From: Phyllobates terribilis
Taxonomy: Eukaryota
Direction: 5' to 3'
Length of the DNA stretch: 64,000 nucleotides
Assembly (NCBI RefSeq): GCF_046119375.1
Contig: NW_027362764.1
Location: forward strand, 810,216,001-810,280,000
The notes under the pieces are model-generated. The model was not told where the DNA came from and searched no databases. It saw only the letters and a list, made by a program, of their open reading frames with translations. Shown here in pieces: positions 14,935 through 27,584 of this stretch. The position numbers were made by a program, and so were the translations under genes. Positions within the stretch are counted from its first letter, which is position 1. Each line of letters starts with the position of its first letter.

Positions 14935-15450
14935 ATCCTCATTGACAACTTTAATGTCATTTTTGTCAGAGCGGTGGATGCAGGGAAGGAGGAGGCAGCA
15001 GAGGAAGCAGCATTGTTGTGTGAACAGCAGTAAAGCACAGCGCAAGGCGGGATCCTAGTTTTGTATTTTTTTATTCCCCCCCCCTCTCAAAAAATATTAT
15101 GTAACAATAAAAAACAATGTTTTGAAGTAAATACACACAAAGGAAAATGAGCCAAACGCTGGCAGGAGGCGCAGAAGGCTCCTAAAGGTCAGTAGTAAAA
15201 CAAGTATGCAAAAATTAAAGGGGTCCCGTCCCTGGATTCCTGCTGCCCACCTCTGCCCGGTGATTGACAGGTCTTCTCCATGTTTCCCTTCAGTCACCTG
15301 GACTGGAGCCAGAAGCAGCTGGTCCAGGCAGCACCGGACAGTCGGGTCTCCCTTATGGGACTTTTCAAGCTATTTTGTCTTTGAAAGCAAAAAGCGTCAG
15401 AGAATACATTTCTGTCTTTAATCTGGAGGAATCCGTGATACAGGCGGCAC

Positions 15451-18400
15451 GAGCACCACCAGCAGCAGAACCAGCACCATGAGCACCACCAACAGCAGAA
15501 CCAGCACCATGAGAACCACCAACAGCAGAACCAGCACCATGAGCACCACCAAAAGCAGAACCAGCACCATGAGCACCACCAGCAGCAGAACCAGCACCAT
15601 GAGCACCACCAACAGCAGAACCAGCACCATGAGAACCACCAACAGCAGAACCAGCACCATGAGAACCACCAAAAGCAGAACCAGCACCATGAGCACCACC
15701 AACAGCAGAACCAGCACCATGAGCACCACCAGCCAGCAGCAGAACCAGCACCATGAGCACCACCAAAAGCAGAACCAGCACCATGAGCACCACCAACAGC
15801 AGAACCAGCACCATGAGAACCACCAGCCAGCAGCAGAACCAGCACCATGAGCACCACCAACAGCAGAACCAGCACCATGAGCACCACCAACAGCAGAACC
15901 AGCACCATGAGCACCACCAACAGCAGCAGAACCAGCACCATGAGCACCACCAACAGCAGAACAAGCACCATGAGCACCACCAACAGCAGAACAAGCACCA
16001 TGAGCACCACCAACAGCAGAACCAGCACCATGAGCACCACCAACAGCAGAACCAGCACCATGAGCACCACCAACAGCAGAACAAGCACCATGAGGACCAC
16101 CAACAGCAGAACAAGCACCATGAGCACCACCAACAGCAGAACCAGCACCATGAGCACCACCAACAGCAGAACCAGCACCATGAGCACCACCAACAGCAGA
16201 ACAAGCACCATGAGCACCACCAACAGCAGAACCAGCACCATGAGCACCACCAACAGCAGAACCAGCACCATGAGCACTACCAACAGCAGAACAAGCACCA
16301 TGAGCACCACCAGCAGCAGAACCAGCACCATGAGCACCACCAACAGCAGAACCAGCACCATGAGGACCACCAACAGCAGAACAAGCACCATGAGCACCAC
16401 CAACAGCAGAACCAGCACCATGAGCACCACCAACAGCAGAACCAGCACCATGAGCACTACCAACAGCAGAACAAGCACCATGAGCACCACCAGCAGCAGA
16501 ACCAGCACCATGAGCACCACCAACAGCAGAACCAGCACCATGAGAACCACCAGCCAGCAGCAGAACCAGCACCATGAGCACCACCAACAGCAGAACCAGC
16601 ACCATGAGCACCACCAACAGCAGAACCAGCACCATGAGCACCACCAGCCAGCAGCAGAACCAGCACCATGAGCACCACCAACAGCAGAACAAGCACCATG
16701 AGCACCACCAACAGCAGAACCAGCACCATGAGCAACACCAACAGCAGAACCAGCACCATGAGCACCACCAACAGCAGAACAAGCACCATGAGGACCACCA
16801 ACAGCAGAACAAGCACCACCAACAGCAGAACCAGCACCATGAGCACCACCAACAGCAGAACCAGCACCATGAGCACTACCAACAGAACAAGCACCATGAG
16901 CACCACCAACAGCAGAACCAGCACCATGAGCACCACCAACAGCAGAACCAGCACCATGAGCACCACCAACAGCAGAACAAGCACCATGAGCACCACCAAC
17001 AGCAGAACAAGCACCATGAGCACCACCAACAGCAGAACCAGCACCATGAGCACCACCAACAGCAGAACCAGCACCATGAGCACCACCAACAGCAGAACCA
17101 GCACCATGAGCACCACCAACAACAGAACCAGCACCATGAGCACCACCAGCAGCAGAACCAGCACCATGAGCACCACCAACAGCAGAACCAGCACCATGAG
17201 CACCACCAACAGCAGAACCAGCACCATGAGCACCACCAGCAGCAGAACCAGCACCATGAGCACCACCAGCAGCAGAACCAGCACCATGAGCATCACCAAC
17301 AGCAGAACCAGCACCATGAGCACCACCAGCAGCTGAATCAGCACCATGAGCACCACCATGAGCAGAACCAGCACCATGAGCACCACCAACAGCAGAACCA
17401 GCACCATGAGCAGAACCAGCACCATGAGCACCACCAGCAGCAGAACCAGCACCATGAGCACCACCAGCAGCAGAACCAGCACCATGAGCATCACCAACAG
17501 CAGAACCAGCACCATGAGCACCACCAGCAGCAGAACCAGCACCATGAGCACCACCAGCAGCAGAACCAGCACCATGAGCACCACCAACAGCAGAACCAGC
17601 ACCATGAGCACCACCAACAGCAGAACCAGCACCATGAGCACCACCAGCAGCAGAACCAGCACCATGAGCACCACCAGCAGCAGAACCAGCACCATGAGCA
17701 CCACCAACAGCAGAACCAGCACCATGAGCACCACCAGCAGCAGAACCAGCACCATGAGCACCACCAGCAGCAGAACCAGCACCATGAGCACCACCAGCAG
17801 CAGAACCAGCACCATGAGCACCACCAGCCAGCAGCAGAACCAGCACCATGAGCACCACCAGCCAGCAGCAGAACCAGCACCATGAGCACCACCAACAGCA
17901 GAACCAGCACCATGAGCACCAACAGCAGAACCAGCACCATGAGCACCACCAGCAGCAGAACCAGCACCATGAGCACCAACAGCAGAACAAGCACCATGAG
18001 CACCACCAACAGCAGAACCAGCACCATGAGCACCACCAACAGCAGAACCAGCACCATGAGCACCACCAACAGCAGAACCAGCACCATGAGCACCACCAAC
18101 AGCAGAACAAGCACCATGAGCACCACCAGCAGCAGAACCAGCACCATGAGCACCACAAGCAGCTGAATCAGCACCATGAGCACCACCAACAGCAGAACCA
18201 GCACCATGAGCACCACCAACAGCAGAACCAGCACCATGAGCACCACCATGAGCAGAACCAGCACCATGAGCACCACCAACAGCAGAACCAGCACCATGAG
18301 CAGAACCAGCACCATGAGCACCACCAGCAGCTGAACCAGCACCATGAGCACCACCAGCAGCAGAACCAGCATGATGAGCACCACCAACAGTAGAACCAGC

Positions 18401-19058
18401 ACCATCAACAGCAGAACCAGCACCATGAGCACCACCAACAGCAGAACCAGCACCATGAGCACCACCAGCAGCAGAACCAGCACCATGAGCACCACCAACA
18501 GCAGAACTAGCACCATGAGCACCACAAGCAGCAGAACCAGCACAATGAGCACCACAAGCAGCAGAACCAGCACAATGAGCACCACAAGCAGCAGAACCAG
18601 CACCATGAGCACCACAAGCAGCAGAACCAGCACCATGAGCACCACCAGCAGCAGAACCAGCACCATGAGCAGAACCAGCAGCAGAACCAGCACCATGAGC
18701 ACCACCAGCAGCTGAATCAGCACCATGAGCACCACCATGAGCAGAACCAGCACCATGAGCACCACCAACAGCAGAACCAGCACCATGAGCAGAACCAGCA
18801 CCATGAGCACCACCAGCAGCTGAACCAGCACCATGAGCACCACCAGCAGCAGAACCAGCATGATGAGCACCACCAGCAGCAGAACCAGCATGATGAGCAC
18901 CACCAGCAGCAGAACCAGCATGATGAGCACCACCAACAGCAGAACCAGCACCATGAGCACCACCAGCAGCAGAACCAGCACCATGAGCACCACCAACAGC
19001 AGAACCAGCACCATGAGCACCACCAGCAGCAGAACCAGCACCATGAGCACCACCAGCA
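15451..19058. repeat. 30-bp minisatellite array (about 120 units), T-poor on the + strand
   Basis: Unit GAGCACCACCAACAGCAGAACCAGCACCAT with indel variants; 10-aa periodicity in all overlapping ORFs. Confidence 0.98.
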
Positions 19059-19879
19059 GGAACTGTGCGAGACTCCACCATTACATGTCAGCAAAAAAAC
19101 ACCAGTGTAAAGCGATTCACTGGAGGTGAGGCGCCATTGCCAGCAGAACCAGTACCAGCACCACCAACAGCAGAACCGGCACCACCAGCAGGAACTGTGA
19201 GACTCGATTACAGGTAAGAAAAAACAATTGTATAGATCACACTAAGGGTGAGGCTACATTGCCAGCACCAGAGTCAGCACCAACAGCAGAACCAGTAACA
19301 GCAGAACCAGTACTACAAAAATAGAAATACCCACAATGCTGTCTGTTGTCTTACGCGTCTCACAATGCAGGACGCGCTGAAGCCAAGTCAGGATTTCTCT
19401 TCAATACGAAAATTAGCAACGATTTCCGGTCACCAACACTCTAACCCCCCCTCCGGTGTCAGCCCATACCCACCTCCCCCTCCGGTCTCTGCCCTTCCCC
19501 CTTCCGGTCTCCGCCCTTACCTCACTTCCTCCTCTCGTCTCCGCCCTTACCTCACTTCTCCCTCCGGTCTCCGCCCTTACACCCCCTTCCCCCTCCGGTC
19601 TCCACCCTTAAGAGGGAGGTCTCTGTCCTTACACGCCCCCCTCCGGTATCTGCCTTTACCCCCCTCTGATCATTATGGCTCTGGTCTGGACTCAGCAGGG
19701 GGAGAAAACATCAGAAAAGTCCCTGCAGCGCCCCCTGTGTAGTGTACGGAGCATTAGAGGGTTCGAACATTTTCTTATATTGTTGGCTGCTCCGATCAGT
19801 GGATTCCGGTCTTTTTTCGTCGCTCACAACTGACGAGCTCTTGCTTTACGTATCGCTTCGCTCCGGTTTCGGGTCGCTC

Positions 19880-22800
19880 CGCTCCGATTTCGTTCCCCGG
19901 TGTCGGGGCGCTCCGCTGCGGCTTCGTTCCTCGGTGTCGGTCCCTCTGGTCGGGCTTCGTTCCTCGGTGTCGGTCCCTCCGGTCCGGCTTCGTTCCTCGG
20001 TGTCGGTCCCTCCGGTCCGGTTTCGTTCCTCGGTGTTAGGGCGCTCCGCGGCGGCTTTGTTCCTCGGTGTCGGTCCCTACGGTCCGGTTTCGTTCCTCGG
20101 TGTCGGTCCTTCCGGTCCGGTTTCGCTCGCTCCGGTCCGGTTTCGTTCCCCGATGTCGGGGCGCTCCGCTGCAGGTTCGTTCCTCGGGGTCGGTCCATCC
20201 GGTCCGGATTCGTTCCTCAGTTTCAGTAGCTCCTGTACGGCATCGTTCCTCGGTGTCGGTCCCTCTGGTCGGGCTTCGTTCCTCGGTGTCGGTCCCTCCG
20301 GTCCGGCTTCGTTCCTCGGTGTCGGTCCCTCCGGTCCGGTTTCGTTCCTCGGTGTTAGGGCGCTCCGCGGCGGCTTTGTTCCTCGGTGTCGGTCCCTACG
20401 GTCCGGTTTCGTTCCTCGGTGTCGGTCCTTCCGGTCCGGTTTCGCTCGCTCCGGTCCGGTTTCGTTCCCCGATGTCGGGGCGCTCCGCTGCAGGTTCGTT
20501 CCTCGGGGTCGGTCCATCCGGTCCGGATTCGTTCCTCAGTTTCAGTAGCTCCTGTACGGCATCGTTCCTCGGTGTCGGTCCCTCCAGTCCGGTTTTGTTC
20601 CCCGGCGTTGGGGCACTCCGCTGCGGCTTCGTCCCTCGGTGTCGACCCCTCCGGTCTGGCTTCGTCCCTCGGTGTCGGTCCCTCCGCTCCGGCTTCCTTC
20701 CTCGGTGTCGGTCCCTCCGCTCCGGCTTCCTTCCTCGGTGTCGGTCCCTCCGCTCCGGCTTCCTTCCTCGGTGTCGGTCCCTCCGCTCCGGCTTCCTTCC
20801 TCGGTGTCGGTCCCTCCGCTCCGGCTTCCTTCCTCGGTGTCGGTCCGGCTTCCTTCCTCGGTGTCGGTCCCTCCGCTCCGGCTTCCTTCCTCGGTGTCGG
20901 TCCGGCTTCCTTCCTCGGTGTCGGTCCCTCCGCTCCGGCTTCCTTCCTCGGTGTCGGTCCGGCTTCCTTCCTCGGTGTCGGTCCGGCTTCCTTCCTCGGT
21001 GTCGGTCCGGATTCGGTCCCTCCAGGTCCGGCTTCGTTCCTCGGCGTCGGTCCCTCGGGTCTGGCTTTGTTCCTCGGCGTCGGTCCCTCGGGTCCGGCTT
21101 CGGTCCCTCGGGTCCGGCTTCGCTCCTCGGCGTCGGTCCCTCGGGTCCGGCTTTGTTCCTCGGCGTCGGTCCCGGCTTCGTTCCTCGGCGTCGGTCCCTC
21201 GGGTCCGGCTTCGTTCCTCGGCGTCGGTCCCTCGGGTCCGGCTTCGTTCCTCGGCGTCGGTCCCTCGGGTCCGGCTTCGTTCCTCGGCGTCGGTCCCTCG
21301 GGTCCGGCTTCGTTCCTCGGCGTCGGTCCCTCGGGTCCGGCTTCGTTCCTCGGCGTCGGTCCCTCGGGTCCGGCTTCGTTCCTCGGCGTCGGTCCCTCGG
21401 GTCCGGCTTCGTTCCTCGGCGTCGGTCCCTCGGGTCCGGCTTCGTTCCTCGGCGTCGGTCCCGGCTTCGTTCCTCGGCGTCGGTCCCTCGGGTCCGGCTT
21501 CGTTCCTCGGCGTCGGTCCCTCGGGTCCGGCCTTTGTTCCTCGGCGTCGGTCCCGGCTTCGTTCCTCGGCGTCGGTCCCTCGGGTCCGGCTTCCTTCCTC
21601 GGCGTCGGTCCCTCGGGTCCGGCTTCCTTCCTCGGCGTCGGTCCCTCGGGTCCGGCTTCCTTCCTCGGCGTCGGTCCCTCGGGTCCGGCTTCCTTCCTCG
21701 GCGTCGGTCCCTCGGGTCCGGCTTCCTTCCTCGGCGTCGGTCCCTCGGGTCCGGCTTTCTTCCTCGGCGTCGGTCCCTCGGTTCCGGCTTTCTTCCTCAG
21801 CGTCGGTCCCTCCGCTCCGGCTTCCTTCCTCGGCGTCGGTCCCTCCGCTCCGGCTTCCTTCCTCGGCGTCGGTCCCTCCGCTCCGGCTTCCTTCCTCGGC
21901 GTCGGTCCCTCCGCTCCGGCTTCCTTCCTCGGCGTCGGACCCCCGGCTTCGTTCCTCGGCATCGGTCCCTCGGGTCCGGCTTCGTTCCTCGGCGTCGGAC
22001 CCGGCTTCGTTCCCCGGCGTCGGTCCCTCGGGTCCGGCTTCGTTCCCCGGCGTCGGTCCCTCGGGTCCGGCTTCGTTCCTCGGCGTCGGTCCCTCGGGTC
22101 CGGCTTCGTTCCTCGGCGTCGGTCCCTCGGGTCCGGCTTCGTTCCTCGGCGTCGGTCCCTCGGGTCCGGCTTCGTTCCTCGGCGTCGGACCCTCGGGTCC
22201 GGCTTCGTTCCTCGGCGTCGGTCCCTCGGGTCCGGCTTCGTTCCTCGGCGTCGGTCCCTCGGGTCCGGCTTCGTTCCTCGGCGTCGGTCCCGGCTTCGTT
22301 CCTCGGCGTCGGTGCCTCGGGTCCGGCTTCGTTCCTCGGCGTCGGTCCCTCGGGTCCGGCTTCGTTCCTCGGCGTCGGTCCCGGCTTCGTTCCTCGGCGT
22401 CGGTCCCTCGGGTCCGGCTTCGTTCCTCGGTGTCGGTCCCTCGGGTCCGGCTTCGTTCCTCGGCGTCGGTCCCTCGGGTCCGGCTTCCTTCCTCGGCGTC
22501 GGTCCCTCATGTCCGGCTTCCTTCCTCGGCGTCGGACCCTCATGTCCGGCTTCCTTCCTCGGCGTCGGTCCGGCTTCGGTCCCTCGGGTCCGGCTTCGTT
22601 CCTCGGGTCCGGCTTCGTTCCTCGGCGTCGGTCCCTCGGGTCCGGCTTCGTTCCTTGGCGTCGGTCCCTCGGGTCCGGCTTCGTTCCTCGGCGTCGGTCC
22701 CTCGGGTCCGGCTTCGTTCCTCGGCGTCGGTCCCTCGGGTCCGACTTCGTTCCTCGGCGTCGGTCCCTCGGGTCCGGCTTCGTTCCTCGGCGTCGGTCCC

Positions 22801-25150
22801 TCGGGTCCGGCTTCGTTCCTCGGTGTCGGTCCCTTCGGTCCGGCTTCGTTCCTCGGTGTCGGTCCCTCCGGTCCGGCTTCGTTCCTCAGTGTCGGTCCCT
22901 CCGGTCCGGCTTCGTTCCTCGGCGTCGGTCCCTCGGGTCCGGCTTCGTTCCTCGGCGTCGGTCCCTCGGGTCCGGCTTCGTTCCTCGGCGTCCGTTCCTC
23001 CGGTCCGGCTTCGTTTCTCGGTGTCGGTCCCTCCGGTCCGGCTTCGTTCCTCAGTGTCGGTCCCTCCGGTCCAGCTTCGTTCCTCGGCGTCGGTCCCTCG
23101 GGTCCGGCTTCGTTCCTCGGTGTCGGTCCCTTCGGTCCGGCTTCGTTCCTCGGTGTCGGTCCCTCCGGTCCGGCTTCGTTCCGCGGTGTCGGTCCCTTCG
23201 GTCCGGCTTCGTTCCTCGGTGTCGGTCCCTCCGGTCCGGCTTCGTTCCTCGGCGTCGGTCCCTCGGGTCCGGCTTCGTTCCTCGGCGTCCGTTCCTCCGG
23301 TCCGGCTTCGTTTCTCGGTGTCGGTCCCTCTGGTCCGGCTTCGTTCCTCAGTGTCGGTCCCTCCGGTCCGGCTTCGTTCCTCGGCGTCGGTCCCTCGGGT
23401 CCGGCTTCGTTCCTCGGTGTCGGTCCCTTCGGTCCGGCTTCGTTCCTCGGTGTCGGTCCCTCCGGTCCGGCTTCGTTCCGCGGTGTCGGTCCCTTCGGTC
23501 CGGCTTCGTTCCTCGGCGTCCGTTCCTCCGGTCCGGCTTCGTTTCTCGGTGTCGGTCCCTCCGGTCCGGCTTCGTAACGCGGTGTCGGTCCCTTCGGTCC
23601 GGCTTCGTCCCTCGGTGTCGGTCCCTCCGCTCCGGCTTCCTTCCTCGGCGTCGGTCCCTCCGCTCCGGCTTCCTTCCTCGGCGTCGGTCCCTCCGCTCCG
23701 ACTTCCTTCCTCGGCGTCGGTCCCTCCGCTCCGGCTTCGTTCCTCGGCATCGGTCACTCGGGTCCGGCTTCGTTCCTCGGCGTCGGTCCCGGCTTCGTTC
23801 CCCGGCGTCGGTCCCTCGGGTCCGGCTTCGTTCCTCGGCGTCGGTCCCTCGGGTCCGGCTTCGTTCCTCGGCGTCGGTCCCTCGGGTCCGGCTTCGTTCC
23901 TCGGCGTCGGTCCCTCGGGTCCGGCTTCGTTCCTCGGCGTCGGACCCTCGGGTCCGGCTTCGTTCCTCGGCGTCGGTCCCTCGGGTCCGGCTTCGTTCCT
24001 CGGCGTCGGTCCCTCAGGTCCGGCTTCGTTCCTCGGCGTCGGTCCCGGCTTCGTTCCTCGGCGTCGGTTCCTCGGGTCCGGCTTCGTTCCTCGGCGTCGG
24101 TCCCTCGGGTCAGGCTTCGTTCCTCGGCGTCGGTCCCGGCTTCGTTCCTCGGCGTCGGTCCCTCGGGTCCGGCTTCGTTCCTCGGTGTCGGTCCCTCGGG
24201 TCCGGCTTCGTTCCTCGGCATCGGTCCCTCGGGTCCGGCTTCCTTCCTCGGCGTCGGACCCTCATGTCCGGCTTCCTTCCTCGGCGTCGGTCCGGCTTCG
24301 GTCCCTCGGGTCCGGCTTCGTTCCTCGGGTCCGCCTTCGTTCCTCGGCGTCGGACCCTCGGGTCCGGCTTCGTTCCTCGGCGTCGGTCCCTCGGGTCCGG
24401 CTTCGTTCCTCGGCGTCGGTCCCTCGGGTCCGGCTTCGTTCCTCGGCGTCGGTCCCTCGGGTCCGGCTTCGTTCCTCGGTGTCGGTCCCTTCGGTCCGGC
24501 TTCGTTCCTCGGTGTCGGTCCCTCCGGTCCGGCTTCGTTCCGCGGTGTCGGTCCCTTCGGTCCGGCTTCGTTCCTCGGTGTCGGTCCCTCCGGTCCGGCT
24601 TCGTTCCTCAGTGTCGGTCCCTCCGGTCCGGCTTCGTTCCTCGGCGTCGGTCCCTCGGGTCCGGCTTCGTTCCTCGGTGTCGGTCCCTTCGGTCCGGCTT
24701 CGTTCCTCGGTGTCGGTCCCTCCGGTCCGGCTTCGTCCCGCGGTGTCGGTCCCTTCGGTCCGGCTTCGTTCCTCGGTGTCGGTCCCTCCGGTCCGGCTTC
24801 GTTCCTCAGTGTCGGTCCCTCCGGTCCGGCTTCATTCCTCGGCGTCGGTCCCTCGGGTCCGGCTTCGTTCCTCGGCGTCGGTCCCTCGGGTCCGGCTTCG
24901 TTCCTCGGTGTCGGTCCCTTCGGTCCGGCTTCGTTCCTCGGTGTCGGTCCCTCCGGTCCGGCTTCGTTCCGCGGTGTCGGTCCCTCCGGTCCGGCTTCGT
25001 TCCGCGGTGTCGGTCCCTCCGGTCCGGCTTCGTTCCTCGGCGTCCGTTCCTCCGGTCCGGCTTCGTTTCTCGGTGTCGGTCCCTCCGGTCCGGCTTCGTA
25101 ACGCGGTGTCGGTCCCTTCGGTCCGGCTTCGTTCCTCGGTGTCGGTCGCT
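19880..25150. repeat. 33-bp CpG-rich, A-poor minisatellite array immediately upstream of CFAP20
   Basis: Unit GGTCCGGCTTCGTTCCTCGGCGTCGGTCCCTCG; 11-aa periodicity in ORFs; a 319-bp direct duplication at the start (ORF starts 20067 and 20386 are identical and offset by 319). Confidence 0.97.
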
Positions 25151-25339
25151 CTGCAGACACTAGCACTGCGGGCTCAGTAATGACCGGCCACTCTTGCTCC
25201 TTCTTTTCCGTCCTCCGCCTCCTCAAGCTCAGGAGCTGCCAGCAACAAACATGGCGGCCGTTCACATTCTTGGCCCCGCCTTTTCCGGTCAGCTGACTCA
25301 GGCGGGTCTCCAAGAGACGGAACTGTGTACTAATAAACA

Positions 25340-25477
25340 CAAGCGCGGCGGTGGGCGGGGCCTGCTGTCATGGCTACTGGAAGGGACGGAGGAGGCGTCA
25401 CCCCGGCAACCGCGGCCTAGTGACGTTATAGCAACGCGGCTGCTGCGGAGGAGAAGGCGCAGAGCGGAGGCAGCACC
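25340..25477 (+). promoter_or_regulatory. CFAP20 proximal promoter/5'UTR with a GC box and RFX X-box-like motifs
   Basis: GGGCGG near 25353. GTCACCCCGGCAAC at 25397-25410 fits the X-box consensus GTNRCC(N)RGYAAC. Weaker X-box-like GCTGTCATGGCTAC at 25364-25377 and half-site AGCAAC at 25430-25435. RFX control of ciliary genes is established; binding here is untested. Confidence 0.6.
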
Positions 25478-25561
25478 ATGTTCAAGAACACCTTCCAGTC
25501 CGGCTTCCTGTCCATCCTGTACAGCATCGGCAGCAAGCCCCTGCAGATCTGGGACAAGAAG
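25478..25561 (+). CDS. CFAP20: CFAP20 (BUG22/GTL3/C16orf80) coding exon 1, 84 nt
   Basis: Encodes [28 protein letters not shown], the recognised CFAP20 N-terminus; context GCACCATG; donor AAG|GTGAGC at 25562. Confidence 0.97.
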
Positions 25562-25586
25562 GTGAGCCTGCGCCCCCTGGTGACAG

Positions 25587-27584
25587 GAGAGTCCGGTGCG
25601 TTCCCCCCCCAGAGAGTCCGGTGCGTTCCCCCCTCCAGAGAGTCCGGCGCGTGCTCTCCCCCCCCTCCAGAGAGTCCGGCGCGTGCTCTCCCCCCCTCCA
25701 GAGAGTCCGGCGCGTGCTCTCCCCCCCTCCAGAGAGTCCGGCGCGTGCCCTCCCCCCCCTCCAGAGAGTCCGGCGCCTGCTCTCCCCCCCCCCCCCTCCA
25801 GAGAGTCCGGCGCGTGCTCTCCCCCCCTCCAGAGAGTCCGGCGCGTGCTCTCCCCCCCTCCAGAGAGTCCGGCGCGTGCTCTCCCCCCCTCCAGAGAGTC
25901 TGGCGCGTGCTCTTCCCCCCCCCCTCCAGAGAGTCTGGCGCGTGCTCTCCCCCCCCCCCCTCCAGAGAGTCCGGCGCGTGCTCTCCCCCCCTCCAGAGAG
26001 TCCGGCGCGTGCTCTCCCCCCCTCCAGAGAGTCCGGCGCGTGCTCTCCCCCCCTCCAGAGAGTCCGGCGCGTGCTCTCCCCCCCTCCAGAGAGTCCGGCG
26101 CGTGCTCTCCCCCCCTCCAGAGAGTCCGGCGCGTGCTCTCCCCCCCTCCAGAGAGTCCGGCGCGTGCTCTCCCCCCTCCAGAGAGTCCGGCGCGTGCTCT
26201 CCCCCCCTCCAGAGAGTCCGGCGCGTGCTCTCCCCCCCTCCAGAGAGTCCGGCGCGTGCTCTCCCCCCCTCCAGAGAGTCCGGCGCGTGCTCTCCCCCCC
26301 TCCAGAGAGTCCGGCGCGTGCTCTCCCCCCCTCCAGAGAGTCCGGCGCGTGCTCTCCCCCCCTCCAGAGAGTCCGGCGCGTGCTCTCCCCCCCTCCAGAG
26401 AGTCCAGCGCGTGCTCTCCCCCCTCCAGAGAGTCCGGCGCGTGCTCTCCCCCCCTCCAGAGAGTCCGGCGCGTGCTCTCCCCCCCTCCAGAGAGTCCGGC
26501 GCGTGCTCTCCCCCCCTCCAGAGAGTCCGGCGCGTGCTCTCCCCCCCTCCAGAGAGTCCGGCGCGTGCTCTCCCCCCCTCCAGAGAGTCCGGCGCGTGCT
26601 CCCCCCCCTCCAGAGAGTCTGGCGCGTGCTCTCCTCCCCCCCCCTCCAGAGAGTCTGGCGCGTGCTCTCCCCCCCCCCCCTCCAGAGAGTCTGGCGCGTG
26701 CTCTCCCCCCCTCCAGAGAGTCTGGCGCGTGCTCTCCCCCCCTCCAGAGAGTCCGGCGCGTGCTCTCCCCCCTCCAGAGAGTCCGGCGCGTGCTCTCCCC
26801 CCCTCCAGAGAGTCCGGCGCGTGCTCTCCCCCCTCCAGAGAGTCCGGCGCGTGCTCTCCCCCCCTCCAGAGAGTCCGGCGCGTGCTCCCCCCCCTCCAGA
26901 GAGTCTGGCGCGTGCTCTCCTCCCCCCCCCTCCAGAGAGTCTGGCGCGTGCTCTCCCCCCCCCCCCTCCAGAGAGTCTGGCGCGTGCTCTCCCCCCTCCA
27001 GAGAGTCTGGCGCGTGCTCTCCCCCCCTCCAGAGAGTCTGGCGCGTGCTCTCCTCCCCCCCCCCTCCAGAGAGTCTGGCGCGTGCTCTCCCCCCCCCCCT
27101 CCAGAGAGTCTGGCGCGTGCTCTCCCCCCCTCCAGAGAGTCCGGCGCGTGCTCTCCCCTCCTCCAGAGAGTCCGGCGCGTGCTCTCCCCTCCTCCAGAGA
27201 GTCCGGCGCGTGCTCTCCCCCCCTCCAGAGAGTCCGGCGCGTGCTCTCCCCCCCTCCAGAGAGTCCGGCGCGTGCTCTCCCCCCTCCAGAGAGTCCGGCG
27301 CGTGCTCTCCCCCCCTCCAGAGAGTCCGGCGCGTGCTCTCCCCCCCTCCAGAGAGTCCGGCGCGTGCTCTCCCCCCCTCCAGAGAGTCCGGCGCGTGCTC
27401 TACCCCCCCCCCCCCTCCAGAGAGTCCGGCGCGTGCTCTACCCCCCCCCCCCTCCAGAGAGTCCGGCGCGTGCTCTACCCCCCCCCCCTCCAGAGAGTCC
27501 GGCGCGTGCTCTACCCCCCCCCCCCCCCCTCCAGAGATTCCGGCGCGTGCTCCCCCCCCCCCCTCCAGAGAGTCCGGCGCGTGC
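25587..27584. repeat. CFAP20 intron 1 array A, about 31-bp unit with a variable poly-C run
   Basis: Unit CCAGAGAGTCCGGCGCGTGCTCTCCCCCCCT. Confidence 0.96.

Noticed and set aside
57-15033. Dozens of ORFs repeating VHLYSGRRPRSGRLSAQRSCMLCAC (Cys/His-containing, superficially zinc-finger-like)
   Set aside because: These are translations of the 75-bp satellite; the frame changes at each 71-bp unit and there is no real domain spacing.
15294-19129. Long silk-like ([10 protein letters not shown]), His/Gln-rich, Ser/Thr-rich and poly-LV ORFs
   Set aside because: Most frames on both strands are open at once because of the 30-bp unit's composition; indels shift frames freely, and there is no unique coding flank in those frames.
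25230-25258. Perfect Kozak GCCGCCATG on the - strand, suggesting a divergent gene at the CFAP20 promoter
   Set aside because: The frame stops after 6 codons (MFVAGS*); on the + strand the same bases read as a YY1-like AACATGGCGGC motif.
20067-25340. ORFs of 1000-1700 aa, including collagen- or mucin-like GPEGPTPRNEA repeats
   Set aside because: An A-free 33-bp unit cannot form stops on the + strand, so the ORFs are open in all frames; Gly is not every third residue, so it is not collagen.
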